From a virus (taxonomy: Duplodnaviria; Caudoviricetes): DNA of 25,646 nucleotides. The translations under genes were made by a program, and so were the position numbers. Positions 22,517-25,646 of the stretch are shown here, piece after piece. Every line of letters begins with the position of its first letter. The first letter of the stretch is position 1. The DNA is taken from the IMG/VR virus record IMGVR_UViG_3300044855_000025, positions 1-25,646 of that record, one strand, 5' to 3'. The notes beneath the pieces were generated by a model that was given only the letters and a program-made list of their open reading frames with translations, had not been told where the DNA came from and did no database searches.

Positions 22517-22695
22517 TTGCTAGTACCGGAACCTACACAAACAAACAGGGAGAGGAGAAAAAACGCTGGCAGAAGATCGGCGTTGTCATGCAAGGCCCGA
22601 AAGGTCTGACGCTTAAGATGGAGTCAGTTCCTGTCGGCTGGGATGGCTGGGCAACACTGGCTGAACCGAAGGCACGAGATGACGCCCCATTCTGA
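22495..22695 (+). CDS. Small SSB-like protein
   Basis: GTYTNKQGEEKKRWxKIG...WDGW, an SSB-type acidic tail DDAPF and a location in the recombination module. Confidence 0.65.
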   Translation: MPIAYEVIASTGTYTNKQGEEKKRWQKIGVVMQGPKGLTLKMESVPVGWDGWATLAEPKARDDAPF

Positions 22696-22894
22696 CCCTA
22701 CCAACCCCGACCACTACAAAGGGGCGGTTGAGTGCATCGATGCCATTGCAGTCGCTACGGAAGGACTGCAAGGCATGGAGGCTTTTTGCACCGGAAACGC
22801 GATTAAGTATCTCTGGCGGTGGAAGAAGAAGAACGGCAGAGAGGATTTAGAAAAAGCTCAGTGGTACATCAACCGGCTTTTGCGATCATTGTGA
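22679..22894 (+). CDS. DUF3310 (T7 gp1.7/SaV-like) protein
   Basis: NPDHY...ECIDAI...GNAIKYLWRWKKKNGxEDLxKAxWY; start moved to ATG 22679. Confidence 0.9.
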   Translation: MTPHSDPTNPDHYKGAVECIDAIAVATEGLQGMEAFCTGNAIKYLWRWKKKNGREDLEKAQWYINRLLRSL

Positions 22895-23390
22895 GCGCAT
22901 GGGAGCGGACTTCTTCCACCCTCCGTTCCCAGCCTTTCCCGAATACCTCCCAGGTCTTGAGTTCTTTCAGGAACGCCAGCCGCTTGTCGCAGTACAGGTT
23001 CACAAGGTCATTCGGCACCATCGCCTGTGCAACTCGCAGCGTCATCGGCCCGATAACACCGTCAGGCTGCACTCCAACAGACTCCTGAAGCCACTTGGAT
23101 GCTCTGCCAACACCACTGTTGATCGATGCGTCAAACACGCAATAGTCGATCCCTGCTGGCAAGTCGTCGCCTTTTACCTTGTCCCAATACTTCGTTTTAT
23201 AGAGCGGAGCAACATCGTCATGCGTCAGTGCTTTCATATCGTCAACACTGACAGGATGACCGCAAAACTCCTCCCAAACCTTTTGCGTGCAGCCGTGGTT
23301 GGTGGCGCCGCCTGGGTCATCCTTGTGATTGACGAAGCCTCCCTCGTGATGGAGGACGCGAGCAAGCGAGTCTTTCCAAGTGTCGATCAT
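22869..23390 (-). CDS. Endolysin, glycoside hydrolase family 108 with peptidoglycan-binding domain
   Basis: HEGGFVNHKDDPGGATNxG, FDxxINSG, DGVIGPxT and FGKGWxRR. Confidence 0.93.
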   Translation of the reverse strand: MIDTWKDSLARVLHHEGGFVNHKDDPGGATNHGCTQKVWEEFCGHPVSVDDMKALTHDDVAPLYKTKYWDKVKGDDLPAGIDYCVFDASINSGVGRASKWLQESVGVQPDGVIGPMTLRVAQAMVPNDLVNLYCDKRLAFLKELKTWEVFGKGWERRVEEVRSHALTMIAKAG

Positions 23391-23800
23391 TTCTTCATCA
23401 AGTCCTTCTGTTGACTGGAGTTGGACGAACCCAACCAGAAGTTGTACACGCTGGCAGTCTCTCGAGCCAGGACGCCCAGCAGAAGCATCATGACATCGCT
23501 ACCCGTCAGCGTCATGTAGCCCAGCGCAGAGCCTACAAGCAGTCCAAAGAACCCCGCAACGGTGACGATAGACAGCACAGCAGGGATGCGGCTGCGCGTG
23601 GCTACCTGCATCTCTCGTGCGGACTTCGTGTTCTCGACGTTTAACTCAAACAGTTTCGTCTGCTGAGCCATCTTCGCCAGTTCACCGTCCTGCTCTAGCT
23701 TTGCAAGCTCCCGTTTGGCAGCTTCAGCAGCAGCAGGGTCAGGCAAGACTCGATCAAGAATCTTGCCGCCAATGTCAAGGAGTGGGCCGAGTGGGATCAT
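23387..23800 (-). CDS. Putative holin
   Basis: N-terminal amphipathic helix (GKILDRVLPDP), SARxMQ, two TM segments and a FWLGSSxxS tail; directly upstream of the endolysin gene. Confidence 0.75.
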   Translation of the reverse strand: MIPLGPLLDIGGKILDRVLPDPAAAEAAKRELAKLEQDGELAKMAQQTKLFELNVENTKSAREMQVATRSRIPAVLSIVTVAGFFGLLVGSALGYMTLTGSDVMMLLLGVLARETASVYNFWLGSSNSSQQKDLMKK

Positions 23801-24056
23801 CTTTTTCCTTTGAAATCATGTTAGCCGCGGCATAGGCACCCTTCCGGCCTACCAACCCGCCGACAGCACCGATACACAGCAGCATGATGTCTTTCAGGAT
23901 CGCTAGAAACTGCTGGTCGATAGGGCTGATGCGCTCGAGGTCATGCTCAACGAACATCACCGCATAAAGGATAGCCGCAACACTACCAAACAGAATAAAA
24001 TTCAGCGTCAGCACCACTACCGACCACGTTCTGACTTCAATCTGTTCTGTGTTCAT
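23775..24056 (-). CDS. Two-TM membrane protein in the lysis cassette
   Basis: Start moved to ATG 24056 (MNTEQIEVRTW...); two hydrophobic segments flank a PID motif. Confidence 0.7.
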   Translation of the reverse strand: MNTEQIEVRTWSVVVLTLNFILFGSVAAILYAVMFVEHDLERISPIDQQFLAILKDIMLLCIGAVGGLVGRKGAYAAANMISKEKDDPTRPTP

Positions 24057-24124
24057 CGGCTTATCCCTGCAAGCGTTGCCATCAGCACTACAACAAAGAA
24101 CATAGCACCAGCGAGGTACTTCAC
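24053..24124 (-). CDS. 23-aa hydrophobic peptide (signal-peptide-like)
   Basis: Not in the ORF track. Translates as MKYLAGAMFFVVVLMATLAGISR, with a GTGA overlap upstream and an ATGA overlap downstream. Confidence 0.55.
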   Translation of the reverse strand: MKYLAGAMFFVVVLMATLAGISR

Positions 24125-24621
24125 TGGTTCGCCTGATACCAAGACCAGATGTAAGCGGCAGAATGGTAGAAGATAATGCCACCGATCCCTAACACTACAG
24201 CCAGCAGCATCCGCTCCTTCCGCTGCTTAAGACGTAGCTCGGCATCTTCCTCGGCCTTCTTCTTTGCCGCCAACTCAGCAGATTTCCGCTTCTGGATGAT
24301 AGCGTTGCGCTCCCGTTGGATCTCGTCCCAGATGTCAGACTGTCCTGACCAGATGAGGTACTGCTTCAACTCATCGGTCATATCGCGGATTTTCTTCGCA
24401 GCAATGACGGACTCGAGAGCCTCTGACATTGCAGACTTCTGCTGTTGCTCCGGCAGCTTTGCTCGTTCATCTGTTGACGCTTTCTGGATCTGATCCTGCG
24501 CGTCAAATAGTTGCATGAATTCGCCTAGACACTCTTTGGCGTCCTTGCCGACCTGGATGGCTTGTTTGATGCCTGCGACCGCAGCCTGTGCAGCAGCAAG
24601 TGCGACCGCGATCTCTACCAT
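24121..24621 (-). CDS. Membrane-anchored coiled-coil protein
   Basis: Ala-rich N-terminal helix, K/E coiled coil and a C-terminal TM segment. Confidence 0.75.
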   Translation of the reverse strand: MVEIAVALAAAQAAVAGIKQAIQVGKDAKECLGEFMQLFDAQDQIQKASTDERAKLPEQQQKSAMSEALESVIAAKKIRDMTDELKQYLIWSGQSDIWDEIQRERNAIIQKRKSAELAAKKKAEEDAELRLKQRKERMLLAVVLGIGGIIFYHSAAYIWSWYQANQ

Positions 24622-24622
24622 C

Positions 24623-24787
24623 TCACACCTTCATAACAAGCCCAAGCAGTAACGCAATGATAAACGCAGCACTGCCGATCAGTATCTGCTCAAGACGCTT
24701 TAGACGAGCGTTGATGCCCTCATAGCGGACAGCGCAAACTTGTTCATGCGTCATTAACTTAGCCTCGACTTCGTTTGCGGTTGTCAT
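24623..24787 (-). CDS. Small membrane protein (XhlA-like, 54 aa)
   Basis: Not in the ORF track. Translates as MTTANEVEAKLMTHEQVCAVRYEGINARLKRLEQILIGSAAFIIALLLGLVMKV; HExxCAxRY motif plus a C-terminal TM; ATGA overlap. Confidence 0.8.
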   Translation of the reverse strand: MTTANEVEAKLMTHEQVCAVRYEGINARLKRLEQILIGSAAFIIALLLGLVMKV

Positions 24788-25551
24788 GTCTTGATGATGA
24801 AGTAGACCCCCAGGTAGGGCGGCAGATTAGCATTCGTACCAGACGATCCAGTTGTTGAAATGCTAGTGGCAACAGTAACGCCAGTAAATGCGTGTGACAT
24901 TGTGTCAGCGAACGAAAAGAAATTAAACGATCCGCTTTGTAGTGTTGGGGTAGCACCCTGATATGCGTATGGATAAGTCGTGTAATGTGTATGACCAGGA
25001 TCGCTTACAGATGAAGTTCCAGTGTGAGTGTGGCTGACAACGATTGCGTCTTTGCTACCACCAGTTGAGTTAGCACTGTACGTCGTGCCAGCGCCGACAG
25101 GGAAGCGGTCTCGGAAGTCCGGCAGGTTGAACGTAGTAGACCCGTCACCTGATCCAAATGCCGTACCGACTACCGCAAACAGCGCCGAATAGGTAGACCG
25201 AGACACCGCAGAGCCGTTACAGAGCAGATACCCTGACGGTGCAGAAGCAGTCCCCCACATCACCATGCCACCAGTCGGAACGTAATTAGGCGCAGACGAT
25301 ACCCACCCGCTACCGTCAGATGTTAGGACGTTGCCAGACGTACCAGATGACGATAGGCCAGTCCCGCCACCAGCGGCTAGTAGTTGGTTCGATGCCTGAT
25401 TGCCAGCTTGGAAGTCTTTCAACTGCGACATCAACTCGCGGATGGCATTGTTGATGTTCGCCGGAGGACAGTTCTCAGCGATATTGATGTTGTCAATATC
25501 AGTGTTGTTGTCTGGATTGGTGTCGAACTCGCTGATCTTTGTCTTTGCCAT
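24784..25551 (-). CDS. Tail fibre protein with tail-collar domain
   Basis: INNAIRELM N-terminal domain; collar VPTGxxxxW...APSGYLLCNGSAVSRxTYxxLF...GDGSTTFNLPD; HTH metal-binding motifs; NLPPYLxVxFIIKT. Confidence 0.88.
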   Translation of the reverse strand: MAKTKISEFDTNPDNNTDIDNINIAENCPPANINNAIRELMSQLKDFQAGNQASNQLLAAGGGTGLSSSGTSGNVLTSDGSGWVSSAPNYVPTGGMVMWGTASAPSGYLLCNGSAVSRSTYSALFAVVGTAFGSGDGSTTFNLPDFRDRFPVGAGTTYSANSTGGSKDAIVVSHTHTGTSSVSDPGHTHYTTYPYAYQGATPTLQSGSFNFFSFADTMSHAFTGVTVATSISTTGSSGTNANLPPYLGVYFIIKT

Positions 25552-25553
25552 GA

Positions 25554-25646
25554 TTACTCTGCCTCAAGTCCGAATGCTTGCCCGTAGCCAAGTTTGAGTG
25601 CTCTACGCTTCAATTGCTCGCTGACCGGAACAAGTTCAGCAGTTGT
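25554..25646 (-). CDS. Partial (C-terminal) virion protein, possibly ejection/internal
   Basis: Open frame from the window edge, ...TTAELVPVSEQLKRRALKLGYGQAFGLEAE*, stopping 2 nt before the fibre ATG. Confidence 0.5.
   Translation of the reverse strand, partial: TTAELVPVSEQLKRRALKLGYGQAFGLEAE

Noticed and set aside
1-25646. Alternative genetic code or programmed frameshift
   Set aside because: All core genes are intact in the standard code and tile the window tightly with ordinary overlaps; no split gene needing recoding was seen.

Overview
This window is part of a tailed dsDNA phage genome with a lambdoid gene order. The virion is probably podovirus-like, and the host is inferred to be a Gram-negative aquatic bacterium (Betaproteobacteria-like). 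Two early arms diverge from a short control region at about 19986-20094. The rightward (+) arm encodes an ERF annealase, a YqaJ/lambda-type exonuclease, an SSB-like protein and DUF3310. The leftward (-) arm encodes a Cro/YdaS-like HTH protein, a PD-(D/E)xK nuclease, a DNA methyltransferase, NinB, DUF1364-like and HNH nucleases, an O-like initiator with internal iterons, a P-like loader, an array of modular paralogous proteins and a Q-like antiterminator. A pR'/tR'-like promoter-terminator pair (about 12592-12665) opens the late operon. That operon contains glycosyltransferases, small basic proteins, a 2OG-Fe(II) oxygenase, TerS, TerL, portal, scaffold, major capsid, a GT-A protein, adaptor, a beta-helix fibre and an RcGTA-type head-spike base plus fibre, then runs off the left edge. 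Late genes on the same strand reappear at the right edge (tail-collar fibre, membrane proteins, holin, GH108 endolysin), consistent with a circular map. No CI repressor or integrase lies where a lambdoid phage would carry them. The strongest candidates for undescribed biology are three. (1) A promoter-driven, roughly 135-nt doubly pseudoknotted leader RNA that buries the RBS of the HNH-replication operon. (2) A late hydroxylase plus three glycosyltransferase-like genes suggesting virion glycosylation. (3) A cassette-like family of PVAW...PLYTAP modular proteins under purifying selection. All family assignments come from motif recognition by eye; no database search was run.
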